Counted from the stretch's first letter, positions 1 to 11,132 are shown. The stretch: 64,000 bases of DNA from Flectonema sp. DT1601 (GCA_964019425.1 OZ025781.1:620001-684000); one strand, 5' to 3'. The notes: a model not told the origin generated them from the letters alone. Made by a program: numbers and translations.

Positions 1-11
1 CGCAGATTGCT

Positions 12-2543
12 TTGTTTATTCAGGCAAAGGGAGATGGAAAAGTATACCCTGACAACCAAATGATCGCGAACTACACTCAAGAAGTGATCCAATCAATAAT
101 TACCTACAATGAGTCTCATCCTGGCAAATGGCCTACTGTTATTGAAGCACGAGTAGCATCGGCATACGACTTGTACGGATATCCTGATGGTGCGAAAATT
201 ATGCTTCCGAAAATCGCTCCTCATATTGTATCAAAAGACTCAAGTAGCACTATAATACTTGTTATGTTTACAGACCCTACTGGTACTACAGGGTTGTCAA
301 TGACTTCAGGTTTGTTTTTGCAAGATTATGCATCTGATTTTAGAAAGAATGTCGTTCATGATTTGCGAAACTCAACAAGTCATTTTACTGTTAGAGCGAC
401 TGGAATCACCATGGTTGGTATTGATGGATTGAACGGAGCAATAAAAGATATTGAACACAGCGATGTCATTATTATGCCTATCGCTTTCTTAATCTTCACT
501 TACTATGTTCGTTCATTACGACTTCTGGTTCTTCCTCTTGTTACTCTTGGGCTTTCAATTGGATTCGCATTCGCTGTGGTGTATCCGATAGCTGAATTTT
601 CATCGATGGAATTTTTTACTGTTACACCAAATACGATGATGTCTTGTTGTCTTGCGTTGTGTTTGGATTATAATTTATTTATATTAATGAGGTTTAGAGA
701 ATCGATGGACCTAAACTTCACTGTTAGACACACTATTAAAACTATCTTATCGTATACCTGTTTTCATACAATTATCATCAGTGGATCCTTAATTACATTA
801 GCGTGGTTTGGAATGTTGTTAATACCGGCCCAACCAATTCAGTCTCAGGGACTGGGAGCAGGTCTCGCAGTGTTCTGCGTCGTGTTAGTTAATTGCACTA
901 TCACTCCTGCGATATTGACTATTTTCCCATCGTTTTTTAGAAAGAAAACGACGTTCTTGACACCTCTTGTAGAAAAGATATCCGGTCTCTGGATGACAGC
1001 TAAGTTGAAGTGTGGTTGTGGTAAACGTAAATACATTCTTATTGAAGCTGATGATGAAGAATCAGATGTTGAAATCAACACACAGAAACATCAACCGAAA
1101 GACAGGGTCAGCTCAGACCTAACAGGAACTAAACATGATATGTTGTCAGCTGAAAAAATAGAAGCACAAAACAATGATTTGTGGTACAAAATAGCGAATT
1201 TCGTTGAAAGGTACAGCTGGGGAGTTATTATTGTTGTCATCGCTGTCGGATCTCCTTGTTACATTCAATTACCAAATGTTGATACGAACCTCGATTTTTT
1301 TGAATTTTCGCCGAGAAATGCTCCGTCGGTAACAGCATGGAGAGACATGTCTGAAGATTTCTCTGCAGGTGCGTTCCTTCCATATTTCGTACTGATCACG
1401 TCACCTGATCCGAAAGGTCTTAAATCAGAAGAAGGTTACAAAGTTCTTAATGAATTCGTTGAACTAGTTATTAACGATACTAACTTAGGTGGATATTCCA
1501 ACCCACGAACATACCTCGAAGGTGTGACTCAAATACCAGTCCAAACTGGATGCTATGACGGAAATATTTCTGACTGGAATGGTCAGATTACATGGGATTA
1601 CTTATATAATAACAAGACTGGATTGATATCAGGCAAATGGCACAACAGGGGGATTCAATTTGAATGTAAAATTCTTGTCGAGCAACTGATGTCTCACCAG
1701 TTTGCTCCTTCAACAGCAGATCCAAAAAGTAAATCAGAATCGACTTTTTTTTTGTTATACACACCTTATCAACCAACTGGAAAAAACAGTACCGATCTAA
1801 TGAAGCAAATGGAAACGGTAATGGATAAATTCGAGGCTTTAAACCCTGGAATGAAAATATTTTTATCTGGAGGCAATACCATCTGCAGGGATTATAACAA
1901 AGTGATCGTTGATAGCACTCCGATAATGCTCGGGTGTATAATTGGTTTCGTCGCATTGGTAATTTTAATCGCTTTTAAATCCATTTTTTTACCAATTAGA
2001 ATGGCAATTACAATCGGATATACCGTAGCTACTACATTCGGATTTTCGTACTACGTTTATCAAACGGATGCTTTTCATTGGTTATTTCCGTACCTTAAAG
2101 ACTTTGGAAATGAGGGTCTTCAGTGGATGAGTCCTACCATGGCTATTGCTATTACTGTGGCTTTGGGAATGGATTATGATGTGTTTTTGTTGACGAGGAT
2201 ATATGAATATAGGACCCAACATTGTTATAAAACAGATGCTTCTATCGTTAAAGGTTTGTCCAAGACTGGTCCAATCATCACTGGTGCGGGTATCATAATG
2301 ACAATAGCCTTTGCTGGATTGATCTCATCGTCTGTTGTTGCTCTGAACCAGTTGGGAATATTATTATGTTTTTCTGTGTTGTGTGATACGTTTGTAGTGC
2401 GATCGTTATTCGTACCTGCGACAATGTTCATTCTGGGAGAGTGGAATTGGTACTGGCGTAGAGTACCAGACGGTATTTATACGAAAGAAGACTTTGCTGA
2501 TGAGAGTCCTGAAGCAATCGGTGCACTTGACCCTGCAGTCTAA
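12..2543 (+). CDS. MMPL/RND-family membrane transporter (5'-truncated by window edge)
   Basis: 843-aa ORF whose frame is open from the window start. Two TM bundles with MMPL motifs (LCLDYNLFILMRFRE; GMDYDVFLLTRIYE; TGPIITGAGIIM; DTFVVRSLFVPA). Confidence 0.85.
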   Translation: MFIQAKGDGKVYPDNQMIANYTQEVIQSIITYNESHPGKWPTVIEARVASAYDLYGYPDGAKIMLPKIAPHIVSKDSSSTIILVMFTDPTGTTGLSMTSGLFLQDYASDFRKNVVHDLRNSTSHFTVRATGITMVGIDGLNGAIKDIEHSDVIIMPIAFLIFTYYVRSLRLLVLPLVTLGLSIGFAFAVVYPIAEFSSMEFFTVTPNTMMSCCLALCLDYNLFILMRFRESMDLNFTVRHTIKTILSYTCFHTIIISGSLITLAWFGMLLIPAQPIQSQGLGAGLAVFCVVLVNCTITPAILTIFPSFFRKKTTFLTPLVEKISGLWMTAKLKCGCGKRKYILIEADDEESDVEINTQKHQPKDRVSSDLTGTKHDMLSAEKIEAQNNDLWYKIANFVERYSWGVIIVVIAVGSPCYIQLPNVDTNLDFFEFSPRNAPSVTAWRDMSEDFSAGAFLPYFVLITSPDPKGLKSEEGYKVLNEFVELVINDTNLGGYSNPRTYLEGVTQIPVQTGCYDGNISDWNGQITWDYLYNNKTGLISGKWHNRGIQFECKILVEQLMSHQFAPSTADPKSKSESTFFLLYTPYQPTGKNSTDLMKQMETVMDKFEALNPGMKIFLSGGNTICRDYNKVIVDSTPIMLGCIIGFVALVILIAFKSIFLPIRMAITIGYTVATTFGFSYYVYQTDAFHWLFPYLKDFGNEGLQWMSPTMAIAITVALGMDYDVFLLTRIYEYRTQHCYKTDASIVKGLSKTGPIITGAGIIMTIAFAGLISSSVVALNQLGILLCFSVLCDTFVVRSLFVPATMFILGEWNWYWRRVPDGIYTKEDFADESPEAIGALDPAV

Positions 2544-3766
2544 ACCATAGCATGTGTGATATCTCTTGTTTTTCTCTACGTGTGTTTTTCTTATTTCGTG
2601 GGTGACGGTCCAGACTAGAAACAATAACGTAATAACTACACAGTCGTAGGCTTTGTATATTTGTTTACTATTCTGGAATCACTTCTTATGTATCACGTTG
2701 GATATGTCCTTCTAGCATCCCTGACAACATCGCCATCTGCTACAGCTGCTGCCGTCATTGCGTGTAGGTTATTGGTATTGGTGAGCCGAGTGAGCTGATG
2801 CTCGTTTTCTTTTATACCTCTCTTTTTTTTTGTTTCCCCTTTTGGTTATGATTCTTTCTTGTGTATTTGAGGGATGAGAAATCAGGAGATGATGCAATTT
2901 TTCGTCATCGAAAATAGTGTGTTTGAATAGTTGTAGACGCAAACGGAAGCCTTCCATTGTCTTCCTGTTGTGTTTGTGAAACAACAATATTGAAGAAACA
3001 GTATTGGAGGAGGAATATTTTTCAATATTCTTTTTTTTTTTCTTCTTTCTTTCCCCTTTTTTTTTGGATAACTTTTTCACCAATTTTGCAGTTTAGAGTA
3101 CGCAGTTAGACTGAACCATTGCTGTGAACATTCTTTTCTTAATATTTTATGTTCTGCAACTACTTGACTTTTTGACATTAAGAAACTTCTCCAAAGACAG
3201 AACCGACTACTCGTTTCGTTCATTCTTTTACCGAAAGACGAGTTAAATGATCCCACTTTCTTCGTCAATATTATATTGATTGTTTAAGATTCAAGTGTGT
3301 GATGTTGTTTTCTTTTTCTCCCTTATTGTCTATGAGGAGTGCAATAAAACAATTTTTAATAAGGTGCTTAACTAACTCTGTGGAGTCCATGTTCTCTTTA
3401 ATGTGATGTTTTGTAACTGAGACTCGAAAACAAAATAAATACGTAAAGTGCGATACTTTCAATTAAAAAAAAAAGGGAGCGAATTAGTCCAGTATGATGG
3501 CTACCATCTCTGTCTGAGAGAGTACTGATATGACAAAAAAAAAAAAAAAAAAAGAAAACCCTCTTCCTGCCTAGCTACGAGTTGGGCTGAAAGCAATCCA
3601 CAAAAGAATGAACGCAATCAGAGATTATTACGTGTTCATTGCAACTATCCTTTAGCATAAACTAACCTTTTAACTTGTGGGAATGCGTATCGGAGCTAGC
3701 TCAAAGCAGTCCATTGAGTTTCTTTGAAGAATACATTTTGGGGCATCTCAGAATGATTATGTTTAA

Positions 3767-3827
3767 CCCTTTAAGCCCTGAAGGCCATTTTTCTCAAAAA
3801 CAGGGTTTTTTGCCTCTTATTAAAGGG
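3767..3827. mobile_element. piggyBac-like micro-MITE (61 bp)
   Basis: TTAA|CCCTTTAA...TTAAAGGG|TTAA: 8-bp TIRs with CCC/GGG termini, TTAA at 3763-3766 and 3828-3831. Confidence 0.55.
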
Positions 3828-4859
3828 TTAATAATATACAAACGAGTAGTAAACAATTCAAACAAAGGAAAGGCTTGACCTGTTGTTTCCCAGTCAGTGT
3901 TTTTTTGAATTGCGATTTCTTTTTCTTTTTTTAAAAAATTGTTGTAGTGTGTGAGTTCTTTCTTCTTCTTTTATTTTGTTTAGTTTGTTATTTCTTATTG
4001 TCTGATTCCAGTGCAGTTGTTCTGCCATTTGTTTGGCCGCACTGACTGATCCTTCTGAATTACTAAAATAACTGATACGTGGATATTTGTTAACGATTCT
4101 CCTTTGAGTAGGTACACCACCTCTCTTGTGTAGACTTAACCTTTGAAGGGAAGAGGGGAAAGTCAATTTTCTTTGTTCTTCTTTATTATATTGCACTACA
4201 GACAAAATAGTGATGTAGTTTTCGTGTTGTGCATCGTGAGTTGAGGATGGTTTTTTTTTTAATTTTTTTTTAAAAAAAAAAAAATAATATAAAAAATTGG
4301 GAGTTTCTGTTTTTTTGCAAAATGGAAACCGATCATAATTTTGTCCAGCTTCTTATTCCGTCATCTCTCTCTCTCTCCCCAATTGAAATGAATAAAAAAA
4401 TAAAAAAACTTGCGTAATTACGTTTTTTTCGATCCCTGTTCTGTCTTATTTTTTTTATCTTTTTTTTTTTAAAATTGCAGAAGCAATTATTTATCAGGTA
4501 TTGGTTCTTTGAATCGAGTTGTCAATCAGTTTTGAATGGTGTCTATCACTAAAGTGTTCTTTATATTGTGTGTTACTTGTCTTTGTTTTTATCGCCTTTT
4601 ATGACTCAGGTACACTGAACTGCTATTTCGTGGGGATGGTAATGCCCCCGCTGTATTGCAAAGCGATCTTTTTTTCTCCTTTTTCTTTTTTTTGGGCCAC
4701 CAGGTGGGGTATTTTGGGCCATAACCCTTTTTTTTTTTTTTCTTACTGAAAGGTAATCACATCTTTCGATCACATTGGTGAAGACTCGTGAAATCTATCC
4801 TTGGTAAGTCAAGAATATCTGCCGCTTACATTAATCAGGTATCGCCAAGAAAAAGAAAC

Positions 4860-6470
4860 ATGGCTGGCATGTGGGGTGACATGGAACGAGGGGCTGATAC
4901 CCGAAAAGGTGAAATGGAACGAAAAAGGATATTCAGTCTTGAAACTGACATCGCTGAGAAAGCTCATGAGATAGAAAAGCTTAATAAGGAAGCTGAGAAA
5001 CTTCGAAAAGATGTCGACAAGGCGATGCAAAAATGTACTGATGCAGAAGAAGAATGTGTCTTACACAAAACTAGAGCTGATGGTTTTGAGACTAAAGTGA
5101 GGCGACTGGAGAGCAGGGCTGACACTGCGGAGTCAGAATTAGCAATACAAGAACGTGATCTCGCTGACTTGTCAGGTCTTAGAACTCAGCTACGAGTTAC
5201 TGAACAAAGACAAACATCACTACGAGATCAACTGTTATTCGAGAAGAAGAAAACTGAAGAATACGAATCCCGTAACTCTAAACTAGAAGCATCACACAAG
5301 GCACACACAACTGCTCGCTCTAACTTACAATCAGATTTAGAATCAGTTCGTAGAGAATGTGAATCACACAGAGAGAAGGCTAAAGAATACAACGATGAGA
5401 TTACTAATTTAACTGCGAAGACTGATAGCATCCTTGCTCATGCGAATAGTGAAGCTGATCTACTTCGTGAGAAGGTGAGAGCATTTGAAAGACGACTTCA
5501 GAAATATGATCACACACAGCGTACGATGCATGAAATGGACACCGACTTAGAAGCCGCAAACACTCGTTCAAGAGAGCTGACAAGACTGTTAGCGGTTGAG
5601 AAAGCAGAAAGAGGAATATCTGACTCACAAGCAGCTGACTATAAAGATCAGCTCTCACGAGTAAGACGTGAGCTCTCATCACTTCAAGGGGCATCTCAAT
5701 CGATGGCTACTCGACTTACTGAATCTGATTTATCATTACTAACAGCAAGAACAGCATACACTGGTTCTTCTCTTACTGATATCACAAAACAACAACTTGT
5801 TGGACAACTTGCAATAGAGAAACGTGAACATGGGAATCTGAAAGTAGAGTTTGAAGCTCAAAAGAAAGAGTTAGAAATCTTGAGATCAGCTTTTGCTCTA
5901 AATAAACACTTCGACAAGACAGTAGCAGCACTGGAGGCAGTTCCCTCACCGCTGGAGGGAAAATACCGAACTCCGAGATCTGCTAGGTCAGGGTCAGCTG
6001 ATCCATCTCCGTCACCAACCATGCCGTATTCTCCTCCAGTAGTTGTAGATAATAGCAGTCCTGTATGGGAAAATAACATGAAATCCCCGCGTGTTACTTT
6101 AGAGCGTCGGAGAAGCAGTCCGAAACGACAGCCTCTCGATACAAAAAGTATTAAAAGCGACACCCCGAGATGGGCTATCAGCACCCCTCCACCGACCGTT
6201 AAATTAACATCACCAGATTCAGAGATCACGAGCGATGTTTCAGCGTCCCTTAGTAGTCTGGAGTCATCTCAAGAATTTCAAAGAAAAATGAGAAAAGACT
6301 CCGAAGCCATGTACCGCAGAGCTGCTGCCTTGGACGCTCAAGAACGAGAATCACAGGCAGCTACTACTCCTGGCACGTCTCGACTTGAAGCTCTGGTGAC
6401 TCACCAAAAGCTACTCGCTGAACAAAAAGCACTCTTAGATAAGACGTGGTTGATACCCGGTTTGAATTAA
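4860..6470 (+). CDS. Coiled-coil protein with Ser/Pro-rich C-terminal region
   Basis: Long ORF (track 4788-6470). Likely ATG at 4860 after acceptor ttaatcag. Heptad-rich E/K/R/L sequence. Confidence 0.75.
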   Translation: MAGMWGDMERGADTRKGEMERKRIFSLETDIAEKAHEIEKLNKEAEKLRKDVDKAMQKCTDAEEECVLHKTRADGFETKVRRLESRADTAESELAIQERDLADLSGLRTQLRVTEQRQTSLRDQLLFEKKKTEEYESRNSKLEASHKAHTTARSNLQSDLESVRRECESHREKAKEYNDEITNLTAKTDSILAHANSEADLLREKVRAFERRLQKYDHTQRTMHEMDTDLEAANTRSRELTRLLAVEKAERGISDSQAADYKDQLSRVRRELSSLQGASQSMATRLTESDLSLLTARTAYTGSSLTDITKQQLVGQLAIEKREHGNLKVEFEAQKKELEILRSAFALNKHFDKTVAALEAVPSPLEGKYRTPRSARSGSADPSPSPTMPYSPPVVVDNSSPVWENNMKSPRVTLERRRSSPKRQPLDTKSIKSDTPRWAISTPPPTVKLTSPDSEITSDVSASLSSLESSQEFQRKMRKDSEAMYRRAAALDAQERESQAATTPGTSRLEALVTHQKLLAEQKALLDKTWLIPGLN

Positions 6471-6737
6471 AAAAAAAAACTGAGAATTATTTATTTATTT
6501 ATTATTATTTATTTTTATGTATCCGTTCTGATATTATTACCACATATAAACTAAAGGTTGTCTCTGATCAATCTATATGATACACTTTCTGTACTTTGTT
6601 TTCATTCTCTCTGTGTATTTATAACCTCGGCCTTTAATGTTGCTGAAGTCTGTTTTTACTGTATTCACTTGTTTGTTATTAACAAAGTTCTTTTTTTAAT
6701 TATAATTATTCAAATCTCACAGGGGGAGAGTCGTTTA

Positions 6738-6998
6738 ATGACTGAGCAAATATTCGTTAAAACATTGGCAGGAAAGACGTTAACTATCGATATCACTTCA
6801 GAGAGTACTGTGCTTGATGTAAAGAAGAAGATTCTCGAAACAGAAGGTTCGAGTATAGAGGAACAGCGTTTGATATTTGCAAGTGTTCCAATGCAGGATG
6901 AACAGGTACTGATGTCAGATTATAATGTAGCAAAGCTGACGAGATCTACTATACATTTAGTGTTAAGATTGAAGGGTAAACCTGAACAGCCTAGTTGA
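6738..6998 (+). CDS. Ubiquitin-like protein (no C-terminal Gly-Gly)
   Basis: MTEQIFVKTLAGKTLTI...EEQRLIFA...STIHLVLRLKGKPEQPS. ATG 6738 follows the ctcacag acceptor. Confidence 0.85.
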   Translation: MTEQIFVKTLAGKTLTIDITSESTVLDVKKKILETEGSSIEEQRLIFASVPMQDEQVLMSDYNVAKLTRSTIHLVLRLKGKPEQPS

Positions 6999-7169
6999 AA
7001 AAAAAAAAAATTGTAAAAAAAAAAAGGAAAACATCCATTTTTCGAATCTTTTGCCTACCGGCAACAAGTTAAAAACGTTTACGATGATTAATTAAAAAAA
7101 AAAAAAATTTTTTTTTTAAAAAAAAAACAATCTTCTCATTTTATAAACAGATTCCTCCTGTGATACAAA

Positions 7170-7748
7170 ATGGCTGGTCTCACTGACATGCAGTTGAAGG
7201 AGGTATTCGACCTTTTTGATGCCGACGGCAGTGGATCAATTGAAAACCAAGAACTTGAATTAGTAATGCAGGCACTCGGATTTGAAGGTGTCACTGAACA
7301 ACAGATTCAGACTATGGTATGATTTTATCGTTATTGTTTAAGTAATCAGCTGAACTTGTCTTCTTTATTATAATAACTCCAACAGATTAACGAAGTCGAC
7401 ATCGACAACTCCGGAAAGATGGAATTTGATGAGTTCAAAATTATGATCCGAAGAGAAGCCCCAGCGTCAGACTCCAGAGAGGAGATCGCAACCGCTTTCG
7501 CTGCGTTCTCAGGAAAGAATGATGATGGTAACACTAAGGAGTTTATTACTGTGCAGGACCTTTGCAGTGTTGCTGCTTCGATAAATGAGACTTGTGAGCC
7601 AAGCAAATATCAGGAAATTCTAAACTGTGCTCCAGGAACTGGATACGGTACCGATGAGGAGGGAAACTCAACTGGTCTTACGATCATCCAGTGGCGTGAG
7701 ATCATGGAACAGGTTAACCACACCAAGTTCGATTCCCTTGGAAAGTAG
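7170..7748 (+). CDS. EF-hand protein, centrin/calmodulin-like; exons 7170-7316, 7386-7748
   Basis: Exon 1 [29 protein letters not shown]. Intron GTATG...AACAG (69 nt) joins in frame to [17 protein letters not shown]. Confidence 0.88.
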
Positions 7749-8335
7749 GAATCTTTTCTTCTTCTTCAGAAAAGCCGCAGATGAAAAAAGAAAAAGAAAA
7801 AAAAGCTCCCCACCCTTGGAGACGAAAATAAACCCCCAGTTTTTTCTTTTTACTTTTTTTTTTTTTTTTTTCTTCGTCGCAGTGTACTATGTGGCTACCA
7901 GCCCAGGGGTGGGCTGGATCCAATGGTCTTCTGAAAAATGGGGAAACCGAAACGGAAAACTGTAGCAACCGCTACTCTTCAGGTTTTCTGCAAGAGAGGT
8001 TTCCTTGTGCGAGCCACCCCCCTTTGTTTCTGTTTTGTGTGAGATGCTTAGTCGGATTATCGCACTTCCCATCTTCCCAATTATGTTCGCAACGTCCGTT
8101 CGGTTACCAAGGTTCTCATGGCCAAGTGTTTGTTGGTGTTTTTGTAAAGTTACCAAATTGAAAAAAAAAAAAAAAAACCTTCCTTCGATTAAACCATAGA
8201 CTATAAAGTTTCCTTTTTTTTCAGACAAAAAAAAAAAATATTATAATAACCTTCGATAGAATTTAATATCGTTGTGGGCTTTGATCGTTTAGAAAGTAAA
8301 TCGTTACACAAAAAGACTCGGGAAATCTCTGCAGG

Positions 8336-9631
8336 ATGTGGAGATGTCCCAAGTGTGATATAAAATGTCCTCGTGAGTGGGTAGCATGCCGTGACTGTGG
8401 GAGGTTTAAACAACCAGAGGATGTGAATCCTGTGCAGACTGTGATCCCGAAAGTTAAAAAACTCGAACCAGAACCAACACCAGAACCAAAACCAGAAACA
8501 GTCCAATCAAAACTAATTGAAAAGGAAGACATCGTACGCATAGATGAAAGAGTCACATCAACGCTAAGTTGGGAATGTAACGGATGTGGAACCCACCATG
8601 CTGGTAATCACTCAGAATGTGGCTGCTGTGGTATGGAAGCACCCAGTGCAGTGCTAGCAGCTATAAACAAAAACTTGAAGGAAAACCTTCCAAACAAAGA
8701 ACTTGACAAAGCCAACGCTTTGACAAGGAAGTTAGCTGAAATTGATATCAGTGACGACGATGATGAAACACCCGATGTACTGGTCACATGTGACATTTGC
8801 AAGCTCGAGTACGGATCCACTGTCTTTGCTGATCATTTAAAAGGTCATTTTGCCTTTGATATGGTCAGGAAGTACGCAGAGTTTTCTTCTTCATCAGTTG
8901 ATGTCGATTTAGCACTTGAACTACAAGAACAGGAACTAACAAGACATTTGGAGGAGGTATCACAACTTGCTCAAGACAAGGCTATTGCTTTGCAATTGGT
9001 TAACAATGATGGACGAAAAAAACCATCTCAGAAAATTAACAATAAGCCTTACGTTCCTAGAGATTCAAGGCGTTCAGCGATACCAGAGACTGCTAACCAA
9101 ACTTTAATATCATTCGTTACAGCCAATGTGTTGCAAGACTTCAAGTGTCGTGATCCAACTATGAGGCAATCTACTCAAGCTGTTAGCATAAACACAGTTG
9201 AGTACGTTCTTGTTGTAAAACAGCTCCTCAGAACACTAACAGGTAATGCAGCCAGTATTGTTAACGTTGGAGCTGTAAACCGTATTTGGAATCCCAAAAC
9301 CTATTCTGATTTCATCAAAACTGTAGACTGTAGAAAACTAACAATGATGTTTCACGGTTGTCGCAGTCTCGACAACGAAAAAAAAATTATAGAAAACGGA
9401 TTTCAGGTACAAAAGTGCGTCTCCGGTGGAGCAAATTTCGGAACCTGGTTCGCCTACAATGCATCTTACAGTGATTCTGGTTTCGCATACAGGAATGCAC
9501 ATGGTATCACACATTTGTTTATTTGTATGGTTGGAGACGTTAACGTTAAGCTTCACAATACAACAATGAAAGTAGTTGGTCAAGGATCAGCTTATCCTTT
9601 GTACCTTATTGAATATAAGAGAAGTTCTTAG
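8336..9631 (+). CDS. RanBP2-type zinc fingers + C2H2 finger + PARP-like (ADP-ribosyltransferase fold) domain
   Basis: WxCxxC..CxxC twice; CDIC..H...H; C-terminal MFHG...IIENGF...GTWFAYNASYS...YPLYLIEY. Confidence 0.75.
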   Translation: MWRCPKCDIKCPREWVACRDCGRFKQPEDVNPVQTVIPKVKKLEPEPTPEPKPETVQSKLIEKEDIVRIDERVTSTLSWECNGCGTHHAGNHSECGCCGMEAPSAVLAAINKNLKENLPNKELDKANALTRKLAEIDISDDDDETPDVLVTCDICKLEYGSTVFADHLKGHFAFDMVRKYAEFSSSSVDVDLALELQEQELTRHLEEVSQLAQDKAIALQLVNNDGRKKPSQKINNKPYVPRDSRRSAIPETANQTLISFVTANVLQDFKCRDPTMRQSTQAVSINTVEYVLVVKQLLRTLTGNAASIVNVGAVNRIWNPKTYSDFIKTVDCRKLTMMFHGCRSLDNEKKIIENGFQVQKCVSGGANFGTWFAYNASYSDSGFAYRNAHGITHLFICMVGDVNVKLHNTTMKVVGQGSAYPLYLIEYKRSS

Positions 9632-9834
9632 GAGGATTCAACTGCATTCCCCCGTAGTAAAGTCATTAAAAGGGTTATTCTTTGGTGCGCACTGGTCACG
9701 TTACGACATCTCTAGCCATGGTCTGTAATGTACCACTTGCTGCTCTGTTTTTCTTTTTCCCCGACGTTTCTTTCTGTTGCTTTGCTTTCGTTATCTCTTC
9801 ATATTCTTTCCTTCATGTCAGTCAATAGCGAACA

Positions 9835-10737
9835 ATGGCAACAAAAGCTGATGTCTATGCGGCACTTGCACCAGTTTATGATTGGCAGGATGAGTCAAAT
9901 CGTGAGAATAGTATCAGTCCATTAGTGAAAACACAATCAATGAGCAAGAGTGTGGATGTTGTTCTCCTGTCTGTCGATGAGAGCGAAGACATTGTACCTC
10001 AACACTATCAAAAACAAGTCAGGTTCAGTGAGGATTCTGTGTCAACAGCGCCCATTGGTAGTAATGCTGCGATGGATGCTGATGTTGATGCCGCATACGA
10101 ATCAGTACTACCGATGATTAAAGGAATAATGGCAATGTCTGGTCTTCAACTTAATTCAAGTATAAAAGATAGAATGGGAGTAGATGGAATGATTGCGATG
10201 TCGACTCTCAAATCAGGTGTCTATCTCACAAGATTTGACAGGTCTGAGGGAACGGTTGAAAACTTTTTTCAAATTGTTTCTGATTACCAACATCAACCAA
10301 TATCATTTCATAGCTTACAAAGTGCAGCAATACCCTGGTATCTTCAGGCGGCACCTGCAGAAGAATTCCCACAAAAGTTTCCGTTGAATTCGTTATTTGG
10401 AGTCCAAAAAGGTGTTCAAACAAACGGCTTCAAGTATGTCGTCACATCCTCTGGATATGCCAAAGGCGTTAAGTCTAAAGGAAAACGAGCTTTAATTCCA
10501 GCAAGACTCTGTTTCACTCTTTGGTTTAAAAGTCCTGATGGATCGTTTTCCCCGATGACACTCGCAGCGGTTAATGATCAAGTTTTTAACAGTTGTATGG
10601 CTGGGTTTAATACAATACGAAGTCTTAACTCCACACATAATTATACACTACAAGAAAATATTCATCACAATGTTGGATCGCCGCATGATATCACAAAATG
10701 GGTTCCGTACAACGGAGGGACTTGTGAAATTCTCTGA
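9835..10737 (+). CDS. Hypothetical protein with probable PH-like domain
   Basis: 300-aa ORF. LKSGVYLTRF...VQKGVQT...CFTLWF...LAAVNDQVF pattern resembles PLC-type PH domains. Confidence 0.55.
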   Translation: MATKADVYAALAPVYDWQDESNRENSISPLVKTQSMSKSVDVVLLSVDESEDIVPQHYQKQVRFSEDSVSTAPIGSNAAMDADVDAAYESVLPMIKGIMAMSGLQLNSSIKDRMGVDGMIAMSTLKSGVYLTRFDRSEGTVENFFQIVSDYQHQPISFHSLQSAAIPWYLQAAPAEEFPQKFPLNSLFGVQKGVQTNGFKYVVTSSGYAKGVKSKGKRALIPARLCFTLWFKSPDGSFSPMTLAAVNDQVFNSCMAGFNTIRSLNSTHNYTLQENIHHNVGSPHDITKWVPYNGGTCEIL

Positions 10738-10908
10738 GTGAACACGCTGTACCATTATTAATTTATTTTTCCCTTAGAATTGTTTGTTGTTTTTTTCATA
10801 AGGTAGGAGATAGTCCTCACGCGCTGGACGAAACGACCTTTCCCACAGACACATTATTTTTAAAACGTCTTTTTTTTCATTTATTTTTTTTTTTTTGACT
10901 ACGATAAT

Positions 10909-10943
<35 letters not shown>

Positions 10944-11132
10944 TTTTAATCTTTCCATACCTTTTAAAAAAGGAATGCTGCAGGCCCGCGTGTTTTCGTT
11001 CTGAAAATATGAGCTCAGGCTTCATTTTTATCAGTAAGGCTGCGGCTGTTGTTCTTATTATTTTTATTTTTTTTCCTTTCCCCCCTCGTCGTACTTATTT
11101 TTTTTTTACTATTGTGCTCTCTCACCACCCCA

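Noticed and set aside
9693..9735. Interrupted hairpin between the PARP-like and PH-like genes
   Set aside because: Short, bulged and single copy; within chance expectation.
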